From the NCBI GenBank assembly GCA_016200965.1, contig JACQDT010000021.1, positions 86-64,085 on the forward strand: a stretch of 64,000 bases of DNA, written 5' to 3'. Below the pieces are notes generated by a model that had not been told where the DNA came from, made no database searches, and was given only the letters and a program-made list of their open reading frames with translations. Positions within the stretch are counted from its first letter, which is position 1, and the number at the start of each line of letters is the position of its first letter. This DNA comes from Candidatus Azambacteria bacterium. GTDB taxonomy: Bacteria; Patescibacteriota; Minisyncoccia; GWC2-36-17; WO2-46-25. Positions 27,871 to 37,862 of this stretch are shown here, piece by piece. The translations under genes and the position numbers were made by a program.

Positions 27871-28016
27871 CCCAGTAATACAACCTCGACTGGGCACGCC
27901 GTTCGATGAAACGTTTCATCCGCAATGGTTATTCGCACCACAGACGAACCAACGCAGGTCATGTTTATCTAACGGCGCACCCTGACGTTTCATTAAGTCG
28001 AGGTTGATATACTGGG
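27871..28016. mobile_element. 146-bp long-hairpin element flanked by ATG direct repeats (MITE-like element or structured RNA)
   Basis: CCCAGTA/TACTGGG, CAACCTCGACT/AGTCGAGGTTG and CGCCGTT/AACGGCG arms; ATG at 27868 and 28017. Confidence 0.65.
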
Positions 28017-28643
28017 ATGAGTATTTTTATCGTCATTGAAGGAATAGAATGCGCGGGAAAAACGACACAAATCAAAAAAGTTGCCTCCGCGCTTGAAGCC
28101 AAAGGACATAAAACAGTCACCATGAGGGAGCCGGGAAGCTCGCAAATAGGGGAGCAAATCCGTACGATTCTCAAAGACCCGTCCCATAAAGAAAGCATGG
28201 ATCCGCTCACCAGCTTATTTTTATTCAATGCGGCGCGACGGCAATTCGTGAAAGAGATTGTGAAACCCGCTCTCAAAAGGGGAGAGGTCGTTCTTTCTGA
28301 CAGATTTTTTCTAAGCACCATCGCGTATCAGGGATACGCCGAAGGAGCGGATAAAGAATTCGTGCGCTCCGTCTGCGCCAAGACGGTGGAAGGATGCATG
28401 CCGAAAAAGACGTTCCTCCTTGATATCGGCATACAAGAAATGAAAAAGCGGTTGCTCGCGCGCGGAGGAATGGAGCACGACCGCTACGACCAAATGGATA
28501 TCTCGTTCCACGAAAAAGTAAGGGAAGGGTATCTTACGGAATGGGAGAAAAATAAGTCGCTCATTGAGCGCATCAACGGCGAGCGGAGCGAGGAAGAAAT
28601 CACGCAGGACATTTTACAAAGAATCTTGCTCTTGTTATCATAA
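28017..28643 (+). CDS. tmk: Thymidylate kinase
   Basis: FIVIEGIECAGKTTQ, REPG, DRF..STIAYQG. Confidence 0.95.
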   Translation: MSIFIVIEGIECAGKTTQIKKVASALEAKGHKTVTMREPGSSQIGEQIRTILKDPSHKESMDPLTSLFLFNAARRQFVKEIVKPALKRGEVVLSDRFFLSTIAYQGYAEGADKEFVRSVCAKTVEGCMPKKTFLLDIGIQEMKKRLLARGGMEHDRYDQMDISFHEKVREGYLTEWEKNKSLIERINGERSEEEITQDILQRILLLLS

Positions 28644-28648
28644 CAGCC

Positions 28649-29227
28649 ATGATTTTATCCGACCGCGACATGAAGCAATATATCAAGGAAGGGAAGCTCA
28701 AATTCGAGCCCGTTTTGACGCCCGATCAGATCGGGCCGGCCTCCATTGACCTGAAACTTTCAAACGTGTTTAAGATTTTCAAGCCGGAACGGTATCTGAA
28801 TCTCGATGTGAAAAAAGGCATCCCCGACGACTACATGGAAAAGGTGGTGATAAAGGACCATGAGCCGTTCATTCTGCACCCGCATATGTTCGCGCTTGCC
28901 GCGACCAAAGAACGCATCACCGTTCCCGCCGACCTTTCGGTGAAGGTGGAAGGCAAAAGCACGCTCGCGCGCATGGGGCTTTTAGTGCATACGGCGGGGT
29001 TTGTGGATCCCGGCTTTGAAGGGGTCATTACCCTTGAGCTTTCCAACCAGTCAAATCTGCCCATCGCTATCTATCCGGGCATGTACGTCTGCCAGATCAA
29101 CTGCCAAATGCTTTCCAGCCCCGCGGAACGTCCGTACAACATACGGAAAAAATCCCTCTATTCAAACAAAGTGGCGGAGCCAGGCACCGCCAATACCGCG
29201 AATTTATTTGAGAAAAGCTCTCAATAA
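28649..29227 (+). CDS. dcd: dCTP deaminase
   Basis: MILSDRD, PASIDLKL, EGKSTLARMG, AGFVDPGFEG.ITLE. Confidence 0.95.
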   Translation: MILSDRDMKQYIKEGKLKFEPVLTPDQIGPASIDLKLSNVFKIFKPERYLNLDVKKGIPDDYMEKVVIKDHEPFILHPHMFALAATKERITVPADLSVKVEGKSTLARMGLLVHTAGFVDPGFEGVITLELSNQSNLPIAIYPGMYVCQINCQMLSSPAERPYNIRKKSLYSNKVAEPGTANTANLFEKSSQ

Positions 29228-29998
29228 ATTTTTAAAGAGATAGGCAACAGTCAGGGGGCCGACGCCACCCGGAACTGGCGTCACTATTTTTGCCTGTCTT
29301 GAAACGCGGGCGACATCAACGTCGCCTTTTATTTTTCCCTTGAAAAATCCCGCGCCCGCGTCAATGACGATAGCTCCTTTTTTCACTTTTTTGATAAGTC
29401 CCGGTTTGCCCACGGCGGAAATCACCGCATCGGCTCGCGCAGTCAACGCGGAAATATTTTTGGTCGTTTTGTCGGCAACCGCAACGTTTGTAAATCCCTT
29501 CCTCAATAAAAAGGTATGGAGCGGTTTTCCGATAAGGCGGCCGTGCCCGACGACAAGAATGGGCGTGTTCCTTTTGATTCTTCCGGCCTTGCCCAGCATA
29601 TGCCAAATCGCCTGCACGGATGGGGAAACGAAAGGCGAATCGCCGCGCAGATTATCCACGTCTTTTTCGGGCGCAATCGCCGAAAGTATTTTTTGGGTAT
29701 TGAATTTCGCAGGGAGAGGAAGCTGGACGATGATGCCGTTTACCGATTTATTTTTATTCAATTTTTTAATGAGTAGGATCACGCGCGTTTCTGACGCGCT
29801 CGCAGGAAGCTGATGCACCGCAAAATTGCATCTTACCGCGCGCGCGGCAAAACCTTTCCGCTTTACATAGTTCAATGAGGCGCGGTTGTTCCCTGCAAGC
29901 ACGACGGCAAGCGTCGGCTTTTGCCGCATCCGTACCGTATACTTCACAATGGCACGCTCAACTATTCGCGCAAGCGGTTTTCCGTATAAAAGCAACAT
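29204..29998 (-). CDS. folD: Methylene-THF dehydrogenase/cyclohydrolase
   Basis: YVKRK, GIIVQLPLP, EKDVD, GDVD, TPVPGGVGPLT. Confidence 0.93.
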   Translation of the reverse strand: MLLLYGKPLARIVERAIVKYTVRMRQKPTLAVVLAGNNRASLNYVKRKGFAARAVRCNFAVHQLPASASETRVILLIKKLNKNKSVNGIIVQLPLPAKFNTQKILSAIAPEKDVDNLRGDSPFVSPSVQAIWHMLGKAGRIKRNTPILVVGHGRLIGKPLHTFLLRKGFTNVAVADKTTKNISALTARADAVISAVGKPGLIKKVKKGAIVIDAGAGFFKGKIKGDVDVARVSRQAKIVTPVPGGVGPLTVAYLFKNLLRAFLK

Positions 29999-30037
29999 AG
30001 CGATAGTGTAGCAGAGTTATTTAAAACAGCGCAAACG

Positions 30038-30075
30038 AAAAGACCTCCCAAGAGATTCCCTTAGGAGGTCTTTTT
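30038..30075 (-). terminator. Rho-independent terminator
   Basis: AAAAGACCTCC...GGAGGTCTTTT inverted repeat. Confidence 0.75.
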
Positions 30076-30084
30076 ACTATTAAT

Positions 30085-30576
30085 TTAAGTTTCTTGAGAA
30101 GCCACCTTCACGACGGCAAATTTGAAAGAGGATCTCAGACATTCTTTTGGCGCATAGAAGGTGAGAACCCAATCCCATTGAGGAACCGAGGTGGCGACAT
30201 GGCAACCCTTATGATTGTCGCCAAGAGCAACCACCTGTTGCAGTAGGGAAAGTTCGCTGTAGTCCTCGACCTTTTCATCACGAAGTTTCTTGAACACCTT
30301 CTTAAAGAGCTGTTCGTGCAAATCAGCAAGCTCAAAACCTGTTGCGAAACGCCAGTGATTTTTGTCGCACCAATCTTGTAGCACCGGAAGAGTTACCTCT
30401 TCTTCCTCATCGCAGATCAACAACCCGATGGTAAGTTTTTCGTGTCTTCCGTGGCTTGGAAGAAGCTCCACCTTATCTCTCGTGAGACCTATCTTTTCAA
30501 GATCTCCGCCAACGGGAGAAAATCTGATTGGTTCTTGCGAAGATTCAATTTTAAATGTTCGCTCGATTTGCATCAT
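30085..30576 (-). CDS. Orphan hypothetical protein
   Basis: Own promoter (TTGACA-17-TACGCT), GGAGG SD and terminator. Confidence 0.7.
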   Translation of the reverse strand: MMQIERTFKIESSQEPIRFSPVGGDLEKIGLTRDKVELLPSHGRHEKLTIGLLICDEEEEVTLPVLQDWCDKNHWRFATGFELADLHEQLFKKVFKKLRDEKVEDYSELSLLQQVVALGDNHKGCHVATSVPQWDWVLTFYAPKECLRSSFKFAVVKVASQET

Positions 30577-30650
30577 ATCCCTCCCTTTTTCTATAGGTTG
30601 AAGAACATGAAATCAAGCGTATCACATAAATATAATCCTGTCAATAGCCC

Positions 30651-32267
30651 TTATTTTTCTTCCAACTCGCGTTCTTTCTGCCGCTGTTTTGCTTCAGAGT
30701 CGGCGCGCGCCCATTGGTAGTCGCCGTAGTCCGTGAATTTGAGCATTTCTTTCGCCCAGGGGTAGCGCTGGAGCGTCTGGCGCGCCATTTCCTGGCATAC
30801 TCTGCGATAGGTGGGATGGCCCTGCGGGGTGGTGCGCAGTTCGAACATATGCTGGGCCTCGCGGAGGTTCATGCCCATCGTCCAGCGCATCTTATGGCCC
30901 ATGAGCACGGTGTATTGCGCCACATGCCGTCCGCACGCGCTTTTTACTTTTTTGTACAGCGCTTCCATTTTTTCCCGTATGGCGTCCGCTTTTTCCTGAA
31001 AGCCCGCTTTTCTGATATCGTCGTTATTTTCAAATCCGAGATAGGGATGCAACAGCTGGCGCTGTTGCGTGAGCATCCGGTGGCGCTGGAGGTCGCGGTA
31101 AATCCCAAAGTCGCCGACGATGTCAAAGGTGAGGGGATACCCCGCTTCGAGCGCGCGGTCGGGCCTGTCGCGGCGAGTTTTGCGGTTGCTTACGTAGGTG
31201 TTCAAAATGCGTTCTTTCGCCGCCGCGGGAAGCTTCGCGACTATTTCATGCAATTGCGAAAGGGGGTGTCTGCCGTACGGGTACAGCATCTGAGCGAGCG
31301 TGGACGTATAAAAATCCGCCTGACTGTCAAAAAGCGCGACCGGTTTTTCTGAAGCGGGCTTTATGTCTTTCAATAGTTCGTCGGCGTGTCTTTGCATCTC
31401 CGTCCGCGCTTTCACGAGAAATTCATTTTGCTTTGCGCGTTTCACGAACGTCGGGATCACTTGGTTGAGCGCGCTATGCGCTTTTGCGGCGATATCGCCC
31501 ATTTCAGAGAGTAGGTGCGTGTACAAATGCGACAGCAGATATTGATAAAATCTCCCGTTGCCGAACAGGCCGACATTAGTGAGTGTCGCGGCGGGCAAGA
31601 AAATGCGTATCGTATCGCACGTTTTAGTGCGGATATCGGATTTATACGTGCGGTCAAACGCCTTGAGGTCTTTTTCGTCTTTCAGGTCTGCGCGCTTTTG
31701 TTTTGTTCCTTTCCCGATGACGTCATATTCGGCTTCTTCCATCGGCTTTTGTTTCTGATAAAACTCCTGCATCGGCTCCACCAGCGACGCATATGTTTCA
31801 AACAGTTCGTTCATCACGCGCTCGTATTCGTCTTTCACGGCGCTTTGAGTAACTTCTTTCGGCCGCAAATACCGCCAATTGCCTTCTTCATTTTTATTAT
31901 CGTACACAACATAGCGGGTGGACTGCTCAATGGGGCTTCCGCCGATGCGCCGGTCTTCCACTTCTTTGGTCGCAAGGTTGGAAATCTGCTCCATACTCAC
32001 ATGCGCGCCCTCAAGCTCGCCGACGGAGTCGTCGCCGTAGGCGATCAAGATGCGCTCAATCACTTCCGCCGCTTTCACCGCGTCAAGCACGCCGTCTTTG
32101 ATGAACTCTTTCAGGAATGTTTCCAAAAAACTGCCCTGCGCCCGCGAATAGCGCGCGTATGCCGGCCCGACGATTCCCGTGAGCCCTTTGACAGCAAACA
32201 CATTGGACTCGGGGTGAGTCACATACTGTTTGAGCACGGCCAATTCTTCTTGTGTGAAGCGTGACAT
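30651..32267 (-). CDS. thyX: FAD-dependent thymidylate synthase, tandem two-domain form
   Basis: YGDDSVGEL, EQSTRY, RDLQRHR, ELRTTPQGH. Confidence 0.9.
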   Translation of the reverse strand: MSRFTQEELAVLKQYVTHPESNVFAVKGLTGIVGPAYARYSRAQGSFLETFLKEFIKDGVLDAVKAAEVIERILIAYGDDSVGELEGAHVSMEQISNLATKEVEDRRIGGSPIEQSTRYVVYDNKNEEGNWRYLRPKEVTQSAVKDEYERVMNELFETYASLVEPMQEFYQKQKPMEEAEYDVIGKGTKQKRADLKDEKDLKAFDRTYKSDIRTKTCDTIRIFLPAATLTNVGLFGNGRFYQYLLSHLYTHLLSEMGDIAAKAHSALNQVIPTFVKRAKQNEFLVKARTEMQRHADELLKDIKPASEKPVALFDSQADFYTSTLAQMLYPYGRHPLSQLHEIVAKLPAAAKERILNTYVSNRKTRRDRPDRALEAGYPLTFDIVGDFGIYRDLQRHRMLTQQRQLLHPYLGFENNDDIRKAGFQEKADAIREKMEALYKKVKSACGRHVAQYTVLMGHKMRWTMGMNLREAQHMFELRTTPQGHPTYRRVCQEMARQTLQRYPWAKEMLKFTDYGDYQWARADSEAKQRQKERELEEK

Positions 32268-32347
32268 ATGAATATGGTATCGGGATTTTTAAAAAAGAAC
32301 AAGCACCCAAATGATATTGAGTGCTTGCCTTTTTACTTATTTAATTC

Positions 32348-32368
32348 TTCGGAAGTCGGACTTCCGAA
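32348..32368. repeat. 21-bp perfect palindrome with a 1-nt centre
   Basis: TTCGGAAGTC-G-GACTTCCGAA. Confidence 0.85.
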
Positions 32369-32384
32369 ATCTAAAGTTTCTTGC

Positions 32385-32633
32385 TTAACGCACGCTTTTG
32401 ATATGTGAGGCGAACATCTTAATTTCCGGTGTGAGTTTGCCAATTACAGCAGATGAATGTTGACATTCTGAGATATTGCAGGAATTCTGACGTTGAGATA
32501 TCCATTGTTTGAGAGATTTAATCGCCTCTTTCTTGGTTTGTTTCTCGGTTTTTGCTAACTCAAGGAAAGATGCTGCGCAATCATGTCCGCTTCCACTTGA
32601 TGCGTGCTGCAGGGTCGCATACATTTTTTTCAT
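32385..32633 (-). CDS. Small orphan hypothetical protein
   Basis: AAGGAGG SD and a TTGACT-17-TATCTT promoter candidate. Confidence 0.6.
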   Translation of the reverse strand: MKKMYATLQHASSGSGHDCAASFLELAKTEKQTKKEAIKSLKQWISQRQNSCNISECQHSSAVIGKLTPEIKMFASHIKSVR

Positions 32634-32709
32634 TATTCCCTCCTTTTGTAAAAGACCTCCCTAATTTCTCTGTAGGAATAAGATATAATATTTTTCCAGA
32701 TTAGTCAAT

Positions 32710-33945
32710 TCAAAAAGCTCTCTTTCGTAATAGCTCGTTTACTGAACTCCGTGTTTTCTCTTTCTGTCCCTCCGTTGGATTTTTCAACAAATCCGCAATC
32801 AGTTTGCCGATGGTTTTCATTTCGGGTTCTTTCATGCCACGAGCGGTGAGGGCGGGGGTGCCGAGGCGGATGCCGGATGGGTCGGCGGGTTTGCGAGTGT
32901 CAAAGGGAATCATGTTGAAATTGGTGTAAATACCACACTCGGCAAGCGCATCGGCACCTTGTTTGCCCGAAATGCCGAGGCCTGTGCAATCAATGATCAT
33001 CAAATGCGTGTCGGTGCCGCCCGATACCAGGCGCAGGCCTTTTGCCATTAGCGCGTTCGCGAGCGCTTTCGCGTTTTTAGCGACCTGCTGTTGATACTTT
33101 TTATACTCATCCGTCATCGCCTCTTTGAAACATACCGCTTTTGCGGCGATGATATGTTCCAGTGGCCCGCCTTGCATGCCGGGGAACACCGCTTTGTCTA
33201 TTTTCGCCGCGTGTTCGGCTTTGGAAAGGATGATGGCGCTTCTGGGGCCGCGGAGCGTTTTGGTGGTTGTGGTCATGACGACGTCGTGCGTCGGGACGGG
33301 GCTTTCGTGCACGCCGCCGACCACGAGCCCCGCGATGTGGGACATATCCGCCATCGCGTACGCGCCGACTTTTTTGGCAATGTCGGCAAAGCGCGAAAAG
33401 GGAACTGCGCGGGGATACGCGGTGAAACCCGAAAGAATAAGTTTCGGCTTCGTTTCCATCGCGAGCTTTTCCACTTTGTCCATATCAAGCATTTCAGTAT
33501 CTTTCTCAACGCCGTAGTGGACAAATTTAAACAGCTTGCCCGACAGCGAAACAGGGTGCCCGTGCGTGAGATGCCCGCCGTGCGCGAGGTTCATTGCCAT
33601 GATCGTATCGCCCGGTTCAAGCAGGGCAAAATAGCACGCGAGGTTCGCCTGCGATCCCGCGTGCGGCTGGACATTGGCGTGTTCCGCGCCGAACAACTGC
33701 TTCGCGCGGTCTATTGCAAGCTGTTCTATCTTATCTATGTATGCACTGCCGGTGTAGTACCGCTTGCCCGGATATCCTTCCGCGTATTTGTTGGTCAGCA
33801 CCGTTCCCGCCGCTTCAAGCACGGCAGGGGAGGCGAGGTTTTCAGACGCGATCATCAAAAGCCCTTCGCTTTGGCGCTTTTCTTCCTGCCGGATAAACCC
33901 TTCGAGTTCCGGGTCAAATTGTGGAAGATGGCGCCTCATATGCAT
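32710..33945 (-). CDS. glyA: Serine hydroxymethyltransferase
   Basis: [44 protein letters not shown]. Confidence 0.97.
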   Translation of the reverse strand: MHMRRHLPQFDPELEGFIRQEEKRQSEGLLMIASENLASPAVLEAAGTVLTNKYAEGYPGKRYYTGSAYIDKIEQLAIDRAKQLFGAEHANVQPHAGSQANLACYFALLEPGDTIMAMNLAHGGHLTHGHPVSLSGKLFKFVHYGVEKDTEMLDMDKVEKLAMETKPKLILSGFTAYPRAVPFSRFADIAKKVGAYAMADMSHIAGLVVGGVHESPVPTHDVVMTTTTKTLRGPRSAIILSKAEHAAKIDKAVFPGMQGGPLEHIIAAKAVCFKEAMTDEYKKYQQQVAKNAKALANALMAKGLRLVSGGTDTHLMIIDCTGLGISGKQGADALAECGIYTNFNMIPFDTRKPADPSGIRLGTPALTARGMKEPEMKTIGKLIADLLKNPTEGQKEKTRSSVNELLRKRAF

Positions 33946-34034
33946 TTCATCATATCACGAAAAAACTTAAAAACGAATTGTACATATTCACGCTATAGCG
34001 GGAGAATGTACAATCTTTCAACTTTCAGAAACCG

Positions 34035-35312
34035 TCATAGTATCCTGCCGCGTAATTTTCTATGGTAGGTTATTGCGAATCGGTGCGCTTCATCGCGGAG
34101 GCGCTGGACGAAAAAGAGAAACGGCTTGCCCAATGTTTCGGCGCGTACTGGCCTTGATTTTTTCGCAAAGTATATCTCTTCGTTCTCTTTCGCAAGCGCC
34201 ATAACGAGCTGGGTTTTAGGAAGTACGCGCATTACCGCGCCTAACTGTCCTTTGCCGCCGTCGAGCAGAATAACATCGGGCGCCGGCCATTCGGCATGCC
34301 TCAAGCGCCGTGAAATGACTTCGGCCATCATTTTGGGGTCGTTGGGCATGTCTCCCGAGTATTGTATCCTAAACTTGCGGTACTGGCTTTTCGCGGGAAA
34401 ACCGTTTTCGCATACCACCATGGAGCCGACCGCAAATTTCCCGGAGATATTGGAAATATCATATCCTTCCACGCGGTGTATGTCTCGCGCGGCGCCGAGT
34501 AATTTCTGCAACGCTTCCTGCACAAGCGGCCACTCAGACGAGTTTGTTTTTTCATGCCTCCATACCCGATCAAGCGATGGGCCGTGCGCGAACACTTTTT
34601 TAAGATACTCTATCCGATGTTTATACTCATTCGCTTTTGTGAATTCCTCTTTGCGCGCCGATTTTTTCATCGCTTTTTCAAGCCGCCCGAGAATGCCTTT
34701 TCGCGCGCCGCTTAAGATATGTAAAATGGCGCTGATGTTCTTTTCAGTGCGCACGTACATTTTAGGATCCGCGCATGCGCCTGTGCATCTTCCGAGATGA
34801 TAATCAAAACACGCGCGTTTTAACGATAAAGGCCGCGCGGCGCAATACGGATAGGCCGCGCGCAACATGCGCACGGTATAGCGCAGGGCGAACGCGTCGG
34901 TGAACGGCCCCACACAAAGCGAGTAGCGAGTAGGGATTTTCGTTGGTTGATGAGTGATAAAAATGCGCGGATACGGCTTTTCATTCGTAGCGCACGCATA
35001 GGCATAATTTTTATCATCCCTGAAGATCACGTTAAAGCGGGGATGATGTTTTTTTATAAGCTTCGCTTCTTCTATAAGCGCATCTATTTCCGAGCCGCAC
35101 ACTTTCCATCCAATAGCGCGTATCGCCGTGCGCAACGCTTCCGTTTTCGGCGACTCGCCTTTTATTTTGGTGAAATACTGCCGTACCCGCGCGCGCAGAA
35201 CCAGCGCTTTGCCGATGTAGATGATCGTATCGGCTTTATCTTTGAAAAAATAAACACCCGGCTTTTGGGGAACTGCTTTCAGTTTTGCTTTCAACCTTTC
35301 CATATAAAGCAA
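34035..35312 (-). CDS. uvrC: UvrC-like excinuclease (GIY-YIG, UVR and RNase H-like domains; no C-terminal HhH)
   Basis: PGVYFF..IIYIGKA, EGYDISN, DGGKGQL, RDEAHRFA. Confidence 0.88.
   Translation of the reverse strand: MLYMERLKAKLKAVPQKPGVYFFKDKADTIIYIGKALVLRARVRQYFTKIKGESPKTEALRTAIRAIGWKVCGSEIDALIEEAKLIKKHHPRFNVIFRDDKNYAYACATNEKPYPRIFITHQPTKIPTRYSLCVGPFTDAFALRYTVRMLRAAYPYCAARPLSLKRACFDYHLGRCTGACADPKMYVRTEKNISAILHILSGARKGILGRLEKAMKKSARKEEFTKANEYKHRIEYLKKVFAHGPSLDRVWRHEKTNSSEWPLVQEALQKLLGAARDIHRVEGYDISNISGKFAVGSMVVCENGFPAKSQYRKFRIQYSGDMPNDPKMMAEVISRRLRHAEWPAPDVILLDGGKGQLGAVMRVLPKTQLVMALAKENEEIYFAKKSRPVRAETLGKPFLFFVQRLRDEAHRFAITYHRKLRGRIL
34918..34933 (-). repeat. Short heptamer array (CTACTCG)x2+ inside uvrC (PTRYSL)
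   Basis: Same unit as the TAGCGAG array in the rplJ leader. Confidence 0.55.
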
Positions 35313-35333
35313 GAAAAGTTATAATGGGAGGAG

Positions 35334-36662
35334 ATGGAATCACTCATCAAAATAGAAAATCTTTCCGTGGTTTATGACAAGGGGAAAGCGTCGGAGACCA
35401 AGGCGCTTTCCGACATCAACGTGGAGATATACCCGCAGGAGTATATCATTTTTTTCGGGCCTTCGGGTTGCGGCAAATCAACCCTTTTGTACGTCATTGC
35501 GGCGATGGAAAGAGCGACCACCGGAAAAGTTGTCATCCACGGCAATGATATCAGCAAAATGAAAGAGAGGGAAATAACTTCATATCGGCAAAATACCATT
35601 GGGATGGTCTTTCAGCAATATAACTTAATCCCATCGCTGAACGTGCTGGAAAACGTCGCTATTCCGCAGACATTTAAAAAGATCGGGAAAAAAGAACGGA
35701 GCCCCAAAGCCCAGGCCCTGCTGGACCGGTTCGGCATCGGCGCGTTCTCCGAGCGGCTTCCCACGGAACTTTCCGGCGGGCAACAGCAAAGGGTATCCAT
35801 CGCGCGGTCGCTCGTGAACGACACGCCGCTTATTTTAGCGGATGAGCCGACGGGCAATCTGGATTCCAAGTCATCGCAGAACGTGCTTGACATCTTGCAG
35901 GAACTCAACCAAAAAGACAAAAAAACGATTATTTTGGTCACGCACGATCCCAACCAGCTCCAATACGCGCACCGCGTGTTTCACATGAAGGACGGGAAAG
36001 TAGTCCGGCAGACGATCAATACCCAGCTCCCCCAGCAGATGGACGCGGCGACAAGGGAAAAACTGACGCGGTCGCTCTCCGGACTTTCTTCCGCGATTAT
36101 TGACATCCTTTCGGTATATCCCGAGCTGACGGAATCGCGCCTGAAGGCGAAAGCGCTGGTGAACTATCTTATGTCGGAACTGGACACGCGCCAGCTTGAC
36201 CGGCTGGAGCGGCTGGTGGAAGACCGTATCTTGGGCAAGATCAGCAAAAACGACTTCCACGCGGCGCTTGACGATCCTTTGGAAAAAGGAGGCGCAGGGC
36301 TCAACTACCAGTCGGCGAAAAAAATATGGGAATCCGTGGAATCCCTGCTTTCCGAAACGGACGTCATTCAAAAAAACATTGATGCAACACGCAAGGATCA
36401 CGCCGTAAACGATGCGATAGTTCAAGAAATTTATTCCCAGCTTTCCGACGTACTGACCGCTCAACCGTCAGAGGAGCAGGCGAAACGATGTAAGGAACTT
36501 ATCGCAAAACGGATATCGGGAACGATAGATAAGACGGGATTTTTCGCCGGGCTTGACCTTGCGTTCAGTCACGGCGGGGTAGGGTTAAGAAGAGAGGTGG
36601 CAGAGGATATCACGCGCAGGACGGAAATGTTACTTATCAAATTCAAGGACTTCACGGAATGA
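35334..36662 (+). CDS. LolD/MacB-type ABC ATPase with a long C-terminal extension
   Basis: GPSGCGKS, LSGGQQQR, LADEPTGNLD, VTHD. Confidence 0.92.
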   Translation: MESLIKIENLSVVYDKGKASETKALSDINVEIYPQEYIIFFGPSGCGKSTLLYVIAAMERATTGKVVIHGNDISKMKEREITSYRQNTIGMVFQQYNLIPSLNVLENVAIPQTFKKIGKKERSPKAQALLDRFGIGAFSERLPTELSGGQQQRVSIARSLVNDTPLILADEPTGNLDSKSSQNVLDILQELNQKDKKTIILVTHDPNQLQYAHRVFHMKDGKVVRQTINTQLPQQMDAATREKLTRSLSGLSSAIIDILSVYPELTESRLKAKALVNYLMSELDTRQLDRLERLVEDRILGKISKNDFHAALDDPLEKGGAGLNYQSAKKIWESVESLLSETDVIQKNIDATRKDHAVNDAIVQEIYSQLSDVLTAQPSEEQAKRCKELIAKRISGTIDKTGFFAGLDLAFSHGGVGLRREVAEDITRRTEMLLIKFKDFTE

Positions 36663-37858
36663 AATTACCCGACCTGATCATACTTTCAACCCGGATGTTT
36701 TACACGCGCCGCATGCGGACGTTTTTGACTATTTTGGGCATCGGCATCGGCATCGGCGCGATTTTGTTTTTGGTATCGTTGGGATACGGACTCCAGCGGG
36801 CGCTTCTTTCGCAGATCACAAGCTCGGCCGCGCTGTTGTCTTTAGATGTCGTGCAGGGAGAAAAAACCGTCGCGCCGCTTGACGGGCGTTTGGTGGAAAA
36901 AATAAAAGCGTTCCCTGAAGTGACCGAGGTCGTGCCCATGGTGAGTTCCCGCGGCCAGATATCGTTTGAAGACACGACCGCGGACGTAGTAGTAAGCGCT
37001 ACCTCGGCTCTTTTCCTAAACCTTTCGAATATCAAAGCGTCGGTAGGTAGTGAATTTTTGGACAATCGGAAGGAAGTGATCATCTCGGACGCAATCAGCA
37101 AATCGATAGACCTCAAGGAGGGCACGGCGATCATCGGCGCGCAGATCACGCTCTCCATGCTTGCGGCTACCATTAATGAAGAAGGCATTGAACAGCTTAA
37201 TCTGATCACCCAACCGGAAAAATTTTCCATCGTGGGCATCATTGAAGGGGACTCGTCACCGACGATATTCGTTCCTATCTCGCAACTCACGGGCGTCAAC
37301 TTTGATTCGTACTCGCAAATAAAAGTCAAGGTGGGCAGCACGGACCAGCTGGAACCGGTGAGAAACAGAATCATTGAAATGGGATTCGTGGTGGCCGCGC
37401 TTTCGGACATCGTGGATCAGGCCAACAAGGTGTTCAACATCCTTCAGATCATCCTTGCCATATTCGGCGTGGTGGCGCTCGTGGTGTCCGCCATCGGCAT
37501 GTTTAACACCATGACCATCGCGCTCATGGAACGGACGCACGAAGTCGGCATTATGAAATCGCTTGGGGCGGCGCGGAGCGATATTATGTCTATGTTCGTC
37601 ACGGAAGCGGTCATCATGGGATTTCTGGGAGGAATCGTCGGGCTTATAGTCGGATTTTTTGGGGGCCAGCTCTTTAACTTTCTTTTGAACATTCTCGCAA
37701 AAAATCTCGGCGGGAAAACCGTTGATATTTTCTACACGCCGCTGTGGTTTGCGGTGACCATTGTGATTTTCTCAACGGTAGTGGGTTTCGTGACCGGCGT
37801 GTGGCCCGCGCGCCGCGCCGCCCGCTTGAATCCTTTGGAAGCGGTAAAATATAAGTAA
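36659..37858 (+). CDS. MacB/FtsX-type ABC permease
   Basis: RTFLTILGIGIG, ERTHEVGIMKSLGA, PARRAARLNP. Confidence 0.92.
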   Translation: MKLPDLIILSTRMFYTRRMRTFLTILGIGIGIGAILFLVSLGYGLQRALLSQITSSAALLSLDVVQGEKTVAPLDGRLVEKIKAFPEVTEVVPMVSSRGQISFEDTTADVVVSATSALFLNLSNIKASVGSEFLDNRKEVIISDAISKSIDLKEGTAIIGAQITLSMLAATINEEGIEQLNLITQPEKFSIVGIIEGDSSPTIFVPISQLTGVNFDSYSQIKVKVGSTDQLEPVRNRIIEMGFVVAALSDIVDQANKVFNILQIILAIFGVVALVVSAIGMFNTMTIALMERTHEVGIMKSLGAARSDIMSMFVTEAVIMGFLGGIVGLIVGFFGGQLFNFLLNILAKNLGGKTVDIFYTPLWFAVTIVIFSTVVGFVTGVWPARRAARLNPLEAVKYK

Positions 37859-37862
37859 ATGA

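Noticed and set aside
27871-28016. Confident call as 6S RNA or SRP RNA
   Set aside because: No SRP GGAA-loop motif; the bulge is one-sided rather than a two-sided central bubble; the flanking ATG duplication suggests an insertion. Left open pending an Rfam scan.
33091-34068. Long antisense ORFs (e.g. 33091-34068, 1480-2316, 10848-11615, 31515-32264)
   Set aside because: They are shadows of well-identified genes on the opposite strand and carry no recognisable motifs.
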